Origin: Prevotella sp.
Lineage (GTDB): Bacteria > Bacteroidota > Bacteroidia > Bacteroidales > Bacteroidaceae
Length of the DNA stretch: 42,344 bases
Direction: 5' to 3'
NCBI GenBank assembly: GCA_017547605.1
Contig: JAFYPG010000163.1
Span: 1 to 42,344 of the forward strand
Every line of letters begins with the position of its first letter. Position 1 is the stretch's first letter. A model generated the notes under the pieces. It saw nothing but the letters and a program-made list of their open reading frames with translations. It was not told the DNA's origin and ran no database searches. The position numbers were made by a program, and so were the translations under genes. Positions 1-8,089 of this stretch are shown one piece after another.

Positions 1-1383
1 AATGACGTAGGGATACTCCTTCACTAATGCCCAGTTCTTGAACGCATCGCGCGGGAAACTCTCTGTCTGCCACATCACGCGATTGGGGTTGCGTTGATGG
101 TCGCTGGCATGCTTATGGATCATATAATTATAGCCGCCTATCTCGAGCACCTCGAAGTGTGGGTCGTATATCTCCCAATCGTCGTCCCACGCACACAGGG
201 CTTCTGTCACAGGGCGCGTGTTGTCCACATCCAGAATAGCCTGCTTCAGGTGGCGCGCTGTGGTGACGACGCGGATGTCCTTACGTTCTATCACCTCGTT
301 GCCGATACTCCAGCAGATGATACTGGGATGGTTGCGATCGCGCAGCACCATAGCGTGGATATCCTCGCGATAGCAAGAATCGATGAGTGTAGAATAATCG
401 TAGGGGTTCTTGGCTGTGCGCCAGCCATCGAAGGCCTCGCCGATGACGAGCATTCCCAGCGAATCGCAGGCATCGAGGAAAGCGCGTGTCGTTGGGTTAT
501 GGGCTGTACGAATCAGATTGAAGCCAGCCTCTTTCATCAGTTTCACTTTGCGTATCTCTGCCGCATCGAAGGCCATCGCGCCCAGAACACCGTCGTCGTG
601 ATGCAGGCAGGCACCGTTGATGAGCAGTGGCTTGCCGTTGAGCAAAAAGCCTTTCTCAGCCGAATACTCAATGGTACGGATGCCATAAGTGACGGGTAAC
701 ACATCGCCCTCGGCCTCGATGGTTGTATGATACAGGTAAGGATCGTCAGGTGTCCACAAGTGCGGGTTCTCCACATGCAGTGTCTTCGCAATGGGCTTGC
801 GTGATCCATCTTTCATCACAACCTCGGCTTTGATGTTTACCGTGTGGATGTCTGGTGTCGTAACACTTAGACTCTGTTCGTCAATGTACTGCTGTCCTTT
901 GGTCTGTAACCACACGTGACGGTAAATGCCAGAGCCTGAGTACCAGCGACAATTGGGCTGCTCGCTGTTGTTCACCTTGACCAGCACCTCATTATCCCGC
1001 TTGTCCTTATATAGATAAGGTGTGATATCTACTGTGAATGGTGTATAACCATAGGCATGCTGTCCAGCCTTCTGTCCGTTCACAAAGACTTCTGCCTTTT
1101 GATATACTCCTTCAAAATGAAGTCTTACTATTTCTGCATGGGGCGTCTTAAACGTCTTGCGATATTCACCCTTGCCACCGGGATACCAGCCGCCACCTTC
1201 CTTTGTGGCACCTGTTGCAGGATCGGGAGCCTCGTAGATATCCCAGTCATGGGGCAAGTTGACACTGACAGTTTTTCCTTCACGCGTAAACTGCCAACCG
1301 TTGTCGAATAGCGTGGATGTTGATTGAGCCATAGTGCTTATCCAAGCACAGAGGACTAAGGAGAGAATAGTGGTTTTCTTCAT
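1..1383 (-). CDS. Glycoside hydrolase family 2 (beta-galactosidase-like), 3' end truncated by the window edge
   Basis: Missing from the ORF track because it has no stop in the window. Translated by hand from ATG 1383: MKKTTILSLVLCAWISTMAQS (signal peptide), LPHDW, LHFEGVY, RWYSGSGIYR, GACLHHD, IRTAHNP, RDRNHPSIICWSIGNE (GH2 acid/base motif), MWQTESFP (nucleophile region). Confidence 0.93.
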   Translation of the reverse strand, partial: MKKTTILSLVLCAWISTMAQSTSTLFDNGWQFTREGKTVSVNLPHDWDIYEAPDPATGATKEGGGWYPGGKGEYRKTFKTPHAEIVRLHFEGVYQKAEVFVNGQKAGQHAYGYTPFTVDITPYLYKDKRDNEVLVKVNNSEQPNCRWYSGSGIYRHVWLQTKGQQYIDEQSLSVTTPDIHTVNIKAEVVMKDGSRKPIAKTLHVENPHLWTPDDPYLYHTTIEAEGDVLPVTYGIRTIEYSAEKGFLLNGKPLLINGACLHHDDGVLGAMAFDAAEIRKVKLMKEAGFNLIRTAHNPTTRAFLDACDSLGMLVIGEAFDGWRTAKNPYDYSTLIDSCYREDIHAMVLRDRNHPSIICWSIGNEVIERKDIRVVTTARHLKQAILDVDNTRPVTEALCAWDDDWEIYDPHFEVLEIGGYNYMIHKHASDHQRNPNRVMWQTESFPRDAFKNWALVKEYPYVI

Positions 1384-1511
1384 TTTGGTAATTTATTGTG
1401 CAAAGAAAATAAAAAAAACAATAACTTCCAAACTTCTTCTGTATTTTTTTCTATTTTATTGAAATGAATACATATATTCTCTATTGTGATGTCGATATAA
1501 TCCTATTGATG

Positions 1512-1546
1512 AAAAAAAGAGCCTAGGCAAACATACGCCTAAGCTC
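1512..1546 (-). terminator. Rho-independent terminator of the riboswitch operon
   Basis: Minus strand reads GAGCTTAGGC-GTATGTTT-GCCTAGGCTC-TTTTTTT: 10-bp stem with one G-U pair, then a U-tract, just downstream of the 29-aa ORF. Confidence 0.8.
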
Positions 1547-1572
1547 ATTATAATTGACCCTAAGAACTATCT

Positions 1573-1662
1573 CTACGCCTTATGGTTGTAGTGCCTGATG
1601 AGCAGGCCGACACCGACGAAGGCAAACAGAAACTCGAGGGCTACGATGATAATGTATATCAT
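1573..1662 (-). CDS. Small single-TM membrane peptide (29 aa), below the ORF-track cutoff
   Basis: MIYIIIVALEFLFAFVGVGLLIRHYNHKA*. Starts 20 nt after the flavodoxin stop, has A at -3, a ~22-aa hydrophobic stretch plus basic tail, and lies before the terminator. Confidence 0.65.
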   Translation of the reverse strand: MIYIIIVALEFLFAFVGVGLLIRHYNHKA

Positions 1663-1682
1663 AATGGTAAGGTTTTGAAGGG

Positions 1683-2084
1683 TTAGAGATTCGGTGATAT
1701 GGCGCATACCCAATTGTCAAGGTTCCATTCGGGGGTACCTGTGTATTGCAGTTCGCCAACGATGTGAGCCCCGTTTTCTTTGAGTTTGTCGCAGAACTCT
1801 TTGGCCACATGATCGTCATCATGTTTGTTTCCCAAAGTTACGAATACGGCGATTCTTTTCCCTTTGAGACTGACTGCGTGAAGGTTCAGAAATGCGTACA
1901 GCCAATGGGGAGTCAGTTGACCCGCAGACTGAAATTCGACGGCAAGGACGAAACTCTGAGAGTTTTCGATCTGCCTGTTGTTCATACTCTGGACGCTGAC
2001 AGTCTCAGCACCCAACTTGTCGGCTATCTCCTCTGCAATAGCCTGACAACTGTCGTACACGACGACGATTGATTCATGTTTCAT
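1683..2084 (-). CDS. Degenerate flavodoxin-fold protein
   Basis: MKHESIVVVYDSCQAIAEEIADKLG and LKGKRIAVF..LKENGAHIVG..LDNWV match the flavodoxin pattern, but the canonical YGS-T-T-G-N-T FMN phosphate loop is absent. ATG 2084 preferred over 2093. Confidence 0.75.
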   Translation of the reverse strand: MKHESIVVVYDSCQAIAEEIADKLGAETVSVQSMNNRQIENSQSFVLAVEFQSAGQLTPHWLYAFLNLHAVSLKGKRIAVFVTLGNKHDDDHVAKEFCDKLKENGAHIVGELQYTGTPEWNLDNWVCAISPNL

Positions 2085-2146
2085 AACCCACAAAAATTAA
2101 AATTGCGCCTACCGACACCATACATCGTGGTGTAGCGGCTTTTTAA

Positions 2147-2386
2147 CCGAAAAAGGCTGGTCTTCAGACTTTCCTCCACTCCCAAGCGCCTTCTCGAACA
2201 AATGTTCAATGGCGTGATTTAGCGAGAGCAAAGCCGAATGTATTCGAGCTTTGCAGAGCGTGAACGCTATCAAGCGAAGCTTAATGGCGTTTATGCTTAG
2301 GAGCCATAATGGAGTTCACTGCTGCGGGACAGTCGGGGATTCACACCCCAGTTCCCAATTAAGCACAGCTAAGTGCACCTTTACGG
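2147..2386 (-). promoter_or_regulatory. Cobalamin (B12) riboswitch, carrying an internal insertion
   Basis: Minus strand: CCGTAAAGGT..TTAATTGGGAACTGGGGTGTGAATCCCCGACTGTCCCGCAGCAGTGAA..GCCATTG..GAGAAGGC..AAGTCTGAAGACCAGCCTTTTTCGG. Hallmark motifs are in order and the closing stem pairs (CCGUAAAGGU/GCCUUUUUCGG). A terminator-like hairpin follows at ~2105-2139. Confidence 0.92.
2208..2290. repeat. REP/MITE-like palindromic insert flanked by an 8-bp direct repeat (AATGGCGT)
   Basis: AATGGCGT at 2208-2215 and 2283-2290 flanks 67 bp containing the hairpin GCAAAGCCGAA-TGTA-TTCGAGCTTTGC. Confidence 0.65.
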
Positions 2387-2410
2387 GTGACTCTTTTCAG
2401 AATCACGATG

Positions 2411-2502
2411 CAAAGATAGTGCAAATCGAGCGAAGAACCAAATTTTTAATGGATTATTTTTCCATTTTTCTTTGGAGATTCCTATTGTTTTTTGTATATT
2501 TG
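2411..2502. promoter_or_regulatory. Divergent Bacteroidetes primary-sigma promoters
   Basis: -7 box TATCTTTG on minus (2411-2418, riboswitch operon) and TATATTTG on plus (2495-2502, beta-barrel operon). Confidence 0.7.
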
Positions 2503-2530
2503 CAGCGTGGATTTTCAAAACCCAAAAACT

Positions 2531-3196
2531 ATGATGAAACGAAAGATGCTTATGTTGGCATTAGCGCTTATGACAGTTCTGACAGCCAATGCACAGTGGA
2601 GAGTGGGTGTAACGGCAGGTGCCGACTACAACGTTCACTCTATGGATCTACAGTACATGGATGACTTCCGTATGCAAGGCCGTTGGGGCGCTACTGTCGG
2701 TGTGACGGGACAGTATGATTTCACTAACTGGTTGGGCGTTCGCGCCGACTTTAATTGGATGCAGAAGAACTACCTCCAGTATCGTACAGTCTTGTCTGAT
2801 GTCCATTACAAGTACCGTAACAACTATCTGCAACTGCCCGTGATGGCTTCGTTCAACTTTGGCGGTGAGAAGATACGCGGATTCTGCAATCTGGGTGCCT
2901 ATGCCGGCTACTGGCTGAACAGCAGTCGTAGGGGTGGCGATACGAACATGTTCTCTGAACATAGTTATGATTTCAGCGAGAAACTGGAGTTCGATAGCGA
3001 GCGCGACCAGCGTTGGGACTGTGGTTTCGTGGGTGGCGTAGGTGTAGAGTATCGTCTCTGCAAGCACTGGGCACTACAGGCTGAAGCCCGCTACTACTAC
3101 AGCACCACCAGTACGCGCAAGCAGTACATGCGTGTGAAGGACTATCGCTACAATAATACTTCTGCCATACAATTGGGAGCGTATTATATTTTTTAA
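2531..3196 (+). CDS. Outer-membrane beta-barrel (porin family / PorT-like) protein
   Basis: Signal peptide ending ANA-Q, amphipathic beta strands, YLQLPVMA motif, C-terminal GAYYIF with terminal Phe. ATG 2531. Confidence 0.85.
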   Translation: MMKRKMLMLALALMTVLTANAQWRVGVTAGADYNVHSMDLQYMDDFRMQGRWGATVGVTGQYDFTNWLGVRADFNWMQKNYLQYRTVLSDVHYKYRNNYLQLPVMASFNFGGEKIRGFCNLGAYAGYWLNSSRRGGDTNMFSEHSYDFSEKLEFDSERDQRWDCGFVGGVGVEYRLCKHWALQAEARYYYSTTSTRKQYMRVKDYRYNNTSAIQLGAYYIF

Positions 3197-3244
3197 TAAT
3201 GTGTCGTGATAACGATATAACTTCATAACGAAAATAGAAGAATC

Positions 3245-4837
3245 ATGAAAAAGATATATATGATTGGAGCTGCGCTCCTGATGTTGTTGGTTAGTTCGTG
3301 CCGTGAGACAAATGATGTTCTGCTGCCTTATGACCACAATGATAAACTCGCGTTTGGAGCGGCTGAGTATAGTTTTGCAGGTAAGTTCAAGGTTACGTGG
3401 AACGGTTTGAACCAGTATTATGCCCTTTGGGACTATGAAAAGGAACAGGGACTCGACTGGGATGCCGTTTACGACGAATACCTGCCTCAGTTCGAGGCCC
3501 TCGATGAGCGCGAAGACTCGATTCCCGTCACAGACGATGAGGTGAAGGAATTGCTCAACAAGGTGCTTTCGCCTCTGCACGATGGCCATTTCGCCATGCT
3601 TTGGAAGAATCATGTTACGGGCAATAATGTGGTCTGCGTTCCTTCTTCAATACGCAATGCTTCGCGCGATGACGCCGAAATTGTTAAAAAATATAAGCCC
3701 AACATTTCTTACTATACCAACCCAGCCAATGGCGAAATCGAGACTTCCGACGGACAACCCGTCTGCTTGGAGTATAGTACTTTGTGGACTGATTTGGTTG
3801 ATCGATTCCGCAACACACCAGGACAGGGCATGATGTGGATTGAAGACAGACTGTTGCAGTTGATGAATCAGCCCCTCCCGACAGAAATGGAGATATTCCA
3901 ACGTCGGTCTTTGTCCGATTTGAGTACTCAACTGTTGGAAGTATTATCACAACCAAATGCAGAACAGGGCATACCTGCCTTCAACTCACTTGTCGAAAGG
4001 TATTCTTACCTTGAAGTGCCAGGCTTCGATGTTATCGACAACGCCTTTATCAAGATGGCGATCAGTGTGAAGTTCGCATTATTGAAAGGCAATATCGCCT
4101 ACTTCTATTTTAGCGATTTTAGCCTGACACCTTATATCAATGAAGTATATGCCCAGTCCATTTTTAATCTGAACAATGCTGCCACCTTCAATCATGTCTA
4201 TGGCATCTGGAGAGTGTGGAATTCATGGTTCGAAACCATTCAGCAACTCCATAAGGAAGGAACGCTGGGAGGTGTTATCATCGATGTGCGCGGCAATGGT
4301 GGCGGCATGATGAGCGATGCCCAGTTTGTGGCTGGTGCGCTGCTACCTTCAGGCGGTTTTCAGTATGGCTACAATCGCTTTAAGCGTGGAACGGGGCGTT
4401 ACGACTATTCTCCACTTATGCCAGCCATTGCTTTAACCATGGAGGACGAACACGAGATTGTCGATGACAAGCCTGTAGTATTGCTCATCAACAGCGGTTC
4501 GGTAAGTATGGCAGAGATGACGGCACAGGTGGTGAGACTGATGCCTAACGGTAAACTCATCGGTAAGCGTTCGCACGGCGGTCTTTGTGGACTTGTCGAT
4601 AATGAGTATAACTCGACGAACTATGCCGGACACATTGGCATACGAGATGTAACTCCCGTGTATGGCTATGTGCCTTCGCTCGCTTCGTTTACGATGGACA
4701 AGGAGCAGCTTGAAGGTGTAGGTATCTCGCCTGGTATTGAGGTGGCTTTCGATGAGAATGCGTTCAACACCCCCACGGGCATTGGCCGCGACACCCAACT
4801 CGACCGCGCCCTGCAGTACGTCAGAACTGGCAATTAA
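3245..4837 (+). CDS. S41 family peptidase, lipoprotein
   Basis: Lipobox VSSC; Tricorn-C1-like GLDWDAVYDEY..LHDGHF; IIDVRGNGGG; INSGSVSMAE (catalytic Ser); GKRSHGG; LEGVGISP; RDTQLDRAL. Confidence 0.92.
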   Translation: MKKIYMIGAALLMLLVSSCRETNDVLLPYDHNDKLAFGAAEYSFAGKFKVTWNGLNQYYALWDYEKEQGLDWDAVYDEYLPQFEALDEREDSIPVTDDEVKELLNKVLSPLHDGHFAMLWKNHVTGNNVVCVPSSIRNASRDDAEIVKKYKPNISYYTNPANGEIETSDGQPVCLEYSTLWTDLVDRFRNTPGQGMMWIEDRLLQLMNQPLPTEMEIFQRRSLSDLSTQLLEVLSQPNAEQGIPAFNSLVERYSYLEVPGFDVIDNAFIKMAISVKFALLKGNIAYFYFSDFSLTPYINEVYAQSIFNLNNAATFNHVYGIWRVWNSWFETIQQLHKEGTLGGVIIDVRGNGGGMMSDAQFVAGALLPSGGFQYGYNRFKRGTGRYDYSPLMPAIALTMEDEHEIVDDKPVVLLINSGSVSMAEMTAQVVRLMPNGKLIGKRSHGGLCGLVDNEYNSTNYAGHIGIRDVTPVYGYVPSLASFTMDKEQLEGVGISPGIEVAFDENAFNTPTGIGRDTQLDRALQYVRTGN

Positions 4838-4889
4838 AAAACTATCGTAATATCGATATATCGTCATCATTTTAAAAGACAATAGAATC

Positions 4890-6596
4890 ATGAAAAAATA
4901 TAGCAAGATATTCATACTGTCAGTGGCCGTTGGCCTCAGCATGTTTACTATAGGTTGTGCGGAGAGCGACGAGATGACCGACATCACGCCAGTTAGAGAA
5001 CAGCCACAACAGGAAGAGGAAAATGAGCCAGAGCCAGAGGAACCCCTCAGCGACGAGTATTCGCAGAATCTCACCACGATTGGTTTTACCGATGTAAAAG
5101 TAGAGGACTTTACGTCTCAAGCAACGGGTGAGACCTGCCGCTATTACACCTTCTTCTTCGATCAGCTTGTTGACCATTACGATGCCTCGAAGGGAACCTT
5201 CAAGCAGCAGGTGCGCATCCGTCTAAACGCTGCGAAAGACCTGACGGCTCCTGTGGTGCTTTATACTCACGGCTATAATATGCCCAGAGAGCTTGTTCGC
5301 ACGATTATACCTGAGTTGACGAAACTTCTGAACGCTAATACGGTGTATGTGGAACATCGCTACTTTGACAAGTCGCTGCCAGAACCCTTCGATAATCTCG
5401 ATTTTACCTATTTCAATGCCGACCAGGAAGCGCAAGATCTTCACGCCATTATCGACTACTTGAAGCAGACTTTCTTCAAGAACAGTGGCAAGTGGTGTAG
5501 CACGGGTGTCAGCAAGGATGGTATCACCACCGGGCTCTATGCCTACTATAGCGACAAGTATGGCTGGGATGACATCGATCTCTACATGCCATTCTGTGCG
5601 CCCTTCCTCGAAGCGACTCCAGCAAGCTGTGATGACCCCAAGGTGGGACAGTACCTTTACGACGAATGTGGTAAGGACTATCCCGCAGGTTCTCAGGAAT
5701 ATATTGCCTATCAGCGCTTACGTAAGATGCCTCAGGCTGTCATTAGCGACGAGGACGTGTGTAAAGCCTGTCTGATTCTCTACAATCTGAAGAATACAGG
5801 TAGCTATTTGAATGTGATTAATGACTACGGACGCGATGCCGAGAAAGCATCTGCCGGAATGTTGGGTACCTATTTCAACCACCTGTTCCAGAAGTTCAGT
5901 TATATTCCTTTCAAACAGTGGTCCAATCTCGTGCCTGATGTCGATGCCGCACTCGCTACGGCAACTACCGAAGAGGAGATTGCCAACAAAAGGCAGGCTG
6001 CCTATGATGTTGCCCAGTTCATGTTACTTACTCGTGACGAACTTATAGGCCTTGTGAACAAGGCCAACGATAGGGTGCGTAATATGGATGGTGATGTCGA
6101 TGAGGAGACGTCAGGCATGTCGCCCTATACGTATTCTGACAACGAGCTGTTGTCCATGAGATCCTATGATCTTACGATGCCTTACTTTGTGCAGGCTGTT
6201 CGTGAATTGGGTAACGTTCGCATGGACTTCTCTTCACTCGAAGGAATGAGTTTCCCTGGCTATACCGACGATTTCGGGTTCCTCGCAGCCGATGTCGCTC
6301 ACCAGTTCGAGGTATCGACGCTCTATGGTCGCTATGCCAGCCAGTGGGACGGTGGCGCACTGATGAAGAGTTTCCGCCAGTGGGTGAAGACGCAGAACAA
6401 ATATAACATGATTTTCTGCTATTCAGCCAACGACCCATGGACGGGTGGAGCCATCGATGCGAGCACTAACCCGCGCGTGGTTCGTTTTATCTGTCACGAT
6501 GGTACCCACAACGACTATTTCCGCAACACCACCTATTACTCTACATCTGAAACGGAGACCCTCATAGGCCACATCAACAGTTTCTTAGGTATGTAA
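4890..6596 (+). CDS. S28/S37 family serine aminopeptidase, lipoprotein
   Basis: Lipobox TIGC, acidic linker; DQLVDH..GTFKQ, YTHGY, VEHRYF, TGVSKDG (nucleophile elbow), NDPWT, GTHND. Confidence 0.88.
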   Translation: MKKYSKIFILSVAVGLSMFTIGCAESDEMTDITPVREQPQQEEENEPEPEEPLSDEYSQNLTTIGFTDVKVEDFTSQATGETCRYYTFFFDQLVDHYDASKGTFKQQVRIRLNAAKDLTAPVVLYTHGYNMPRELVRTIIPELTKLLNANTVYVEHRYFDKSLPEPFDNLDFTYFNADQEAQDLHAIIDYLKQTFFKNSGKWCSTGVSKDGITTGLYAYYSDKYGWDDIDLYMPFCAPFLEATPASCDDPKVGQYLYDECGKDYPAGSQEYIAYQRLRKMPQAVISDEDVCKACLILYNLKNTGSYLNVINDYGRDAEKASAGMLGTYFNHLFQKFSYIPFKQWSNLVPDVDAALATATTEEEIANKRQAAYDVAQFMLLTRDELIGLVNKANDRVRNMDGDVDEETSGMSPYTYSDNELLSMRSYDLTMPYFVQAVRELGNVRMDFSSLEGMSFPGYTDDFGFLAADVAHQFEVSTLYGRYASQWDGGALMKSFRQWVKTQNKYNMIFCYSANDPWTGGAIDASTNPRVVRFICHDGTHNDYFRNTTYYSTSETETLIGHINSFLGM

Positions 6597-6616
6597 GTGG
6601 TATGAGCAGCAAACCA

Positions 6617-8089
6617 TTATGGTTTTATGAGCGTATGACCTTGCCGGTCTGAACTCATGATCTTTTGATAGAGTTGCTGACGACTGATAGTGACTGGCCC
6701 CGAGGCGAAGTCAGGCGTGTTAAACGAACAGACGGTCTCTGCATCAAACTCTTTCGGGTTGCGCTGTGGCAGGCGGAAAGCCTTGGATACCTTTCCATCA
6801 GCATTGACATGCGCAAAATACAAGTTGGTGTAGAGTCCGTCGTCACGCCGACTGGTAAAGACAATCCATCGCGAGTTAAGACTCCAGTTATGAAAACTCT
6901 CAGCATCGTGACTGTTAGCCTCAGTCAGCGGATAGGACTCACCACTCTGTAAATCAGTTATCCAAAGGTCGGCCTCAGGATGCCACACGGGGAAACAACC
7001 ATAGTCACAGACTGTATATAGCAGGAATCGTCCGTCATAAGAGACACGTGGCATATTTGCGCTCTTTCCTGCTTGACGCGCATTGACAATTGTATCGGGA
7101 GTACCGAAAAAGCGTCCCTCCTGCGGATCAAAGCCGATACTGCAGATGTTATACTTCACCTGCTGGTAGTTCTTCCATATACTGTCAACACGCTGAGCAG
7201 CACAGTAATAGAGTGTCTTTCCGTCAGGAGAGAAAACGGGATAGTTTTCCAGCCCGTCTTTCGAAGCCAGGATACTGTCTAATAGAATCTCATGTTTGTC
7301 GGGCGCATAAAGAATAATGTCGGAACTCTCGTCATACACCTCCACACGTCTGTCACTCCGCTGATGGAAATTCTGGTGGGTATTATTGGTGGAATAGGCA
7401 ATGTATCGCCCTGATGGATGCCAGTAGGGATAGACCATACCGCCTCCCAGTGACTTATTCTGGGGTTCCAGAACATCCGTCTGACCGTCGATGCTGACAA
7501 CGGTCGCTCCATGAGGTCCACGCACATGGAAGGTAAACAGTTGGGGATGCGTACGATTGGGCGTATGACAGTTCACACATTGTCCGTCCATCTGCCGATT
7601 GTCAACGATGGCCGACTCTTCGAACGAGGCAAGGTCACGCTGGTAGATGCCCATTTGTCCCCAAGCCTCATAACCGGGAGGTATCAACCGATAGGTGACA
7701 CCCCATTCTCCCAGACTGTCATTGCTGACGTAGATTGGGAAGGAACGATACTGGGTCCACATGCCATCACGTCGTGCACAAACCGTCACAACGAGGCTGT
7801 CGCCCATATTCTGACGGGTCAGTTCGTGCCATTCATCCACGTCGAAGTCGGCATAACCGCCATTGACATGGAGTTCTCCACCTTTGGCGCCAATCACTGT
7901 TACATCCAAGAGGTCAACACTGTCGTCTGCCAGATAGAAATTAAGAGGAGCGATGCCATCAGGAATCTCTACCCTCACGTAGTCGGGCACTATATCAGGA
8001 AGTTGGTCGCTCACGACGGGCTGTTCAGGATGGCTGTTACAACCTATGACGCAAATGATTCCGAGGAAAAGATATTTGATCTGTTTCAT
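6617..8089 (-). CDS. TolB-like / PD40 beta-propeller lipoprotein with CxxCH motif
   Basis: Lipobox VIGC; PD40 repeats (YPYWHPSGRYIAYS, YPVFSPDGKTLYY, PRVSYDGRFLLY, HNWSLNSRWIVF); QCVNCH. ATG 8089 overlaps the upstream TGA (ATGA). Confidence 0.85.
   Translation of the reverse strand: MKQIKYLFLGIICVIGCNSHPEQPVVSDQLPDIVPDYVRVEIPDGIAPLNFYLADDSVDLLDVTVIGAKGGELHVNGGYADFDVDEWHELTRQNMGDSLVVTVCARRDGMWTQYRSFPIYVSNDSLGEWGVTYRLIPPGYEAWGQMGIYQRDLASFEESAIVDNRQMDGQCVNCHTPNRTHPQLFTFHVRGPHGATVVSIDGQTDVLEPQNKSLGGGMVYPYWHPSGRYIAYSTNNTHQNFHQRSDRRVEVYDESSDIILYAPDKHEILLDSILASKDGLENYPVFSPDGKTLYYCAAQRVDSIWKNYQQVKYNICSIGFDPQEGRFFGTPDTIVNARQAGKSANMPRVSYDGRFLLYTVCDYGCFPVWHPEADLWITDLQSGESYPLTEANSHDAESFHNWSLNSRWIVFTSRRDDGLYTNLYFAHVNADGKVSKAFRLPQRNPKEFDAETVCSFNTPDFASGPVTISRQQLYQKIMSSDRQGHTLIKP

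Noticed and set aside
94-699. 201-aa plus-strand ORF and other short ORFs in 94-1311
   Set aside because: They are antisense or off-frame shadows of the GH2 gene, which the track missed because it runs off the window edge.
1580-1822. 80-aa minus-strand ORF overlapping the flavodoxin end
   Set aside because: It overlaps the flavodoxin gene out of frame; the 29-aa ORF in another frame fits the gap better.
2251-2664. 137-aa plus-strand ORF
   Set aside because: It runs through the riboswitch and both promoters and overlaps the beta-barrel gene out of frame; no protein-like motifs.
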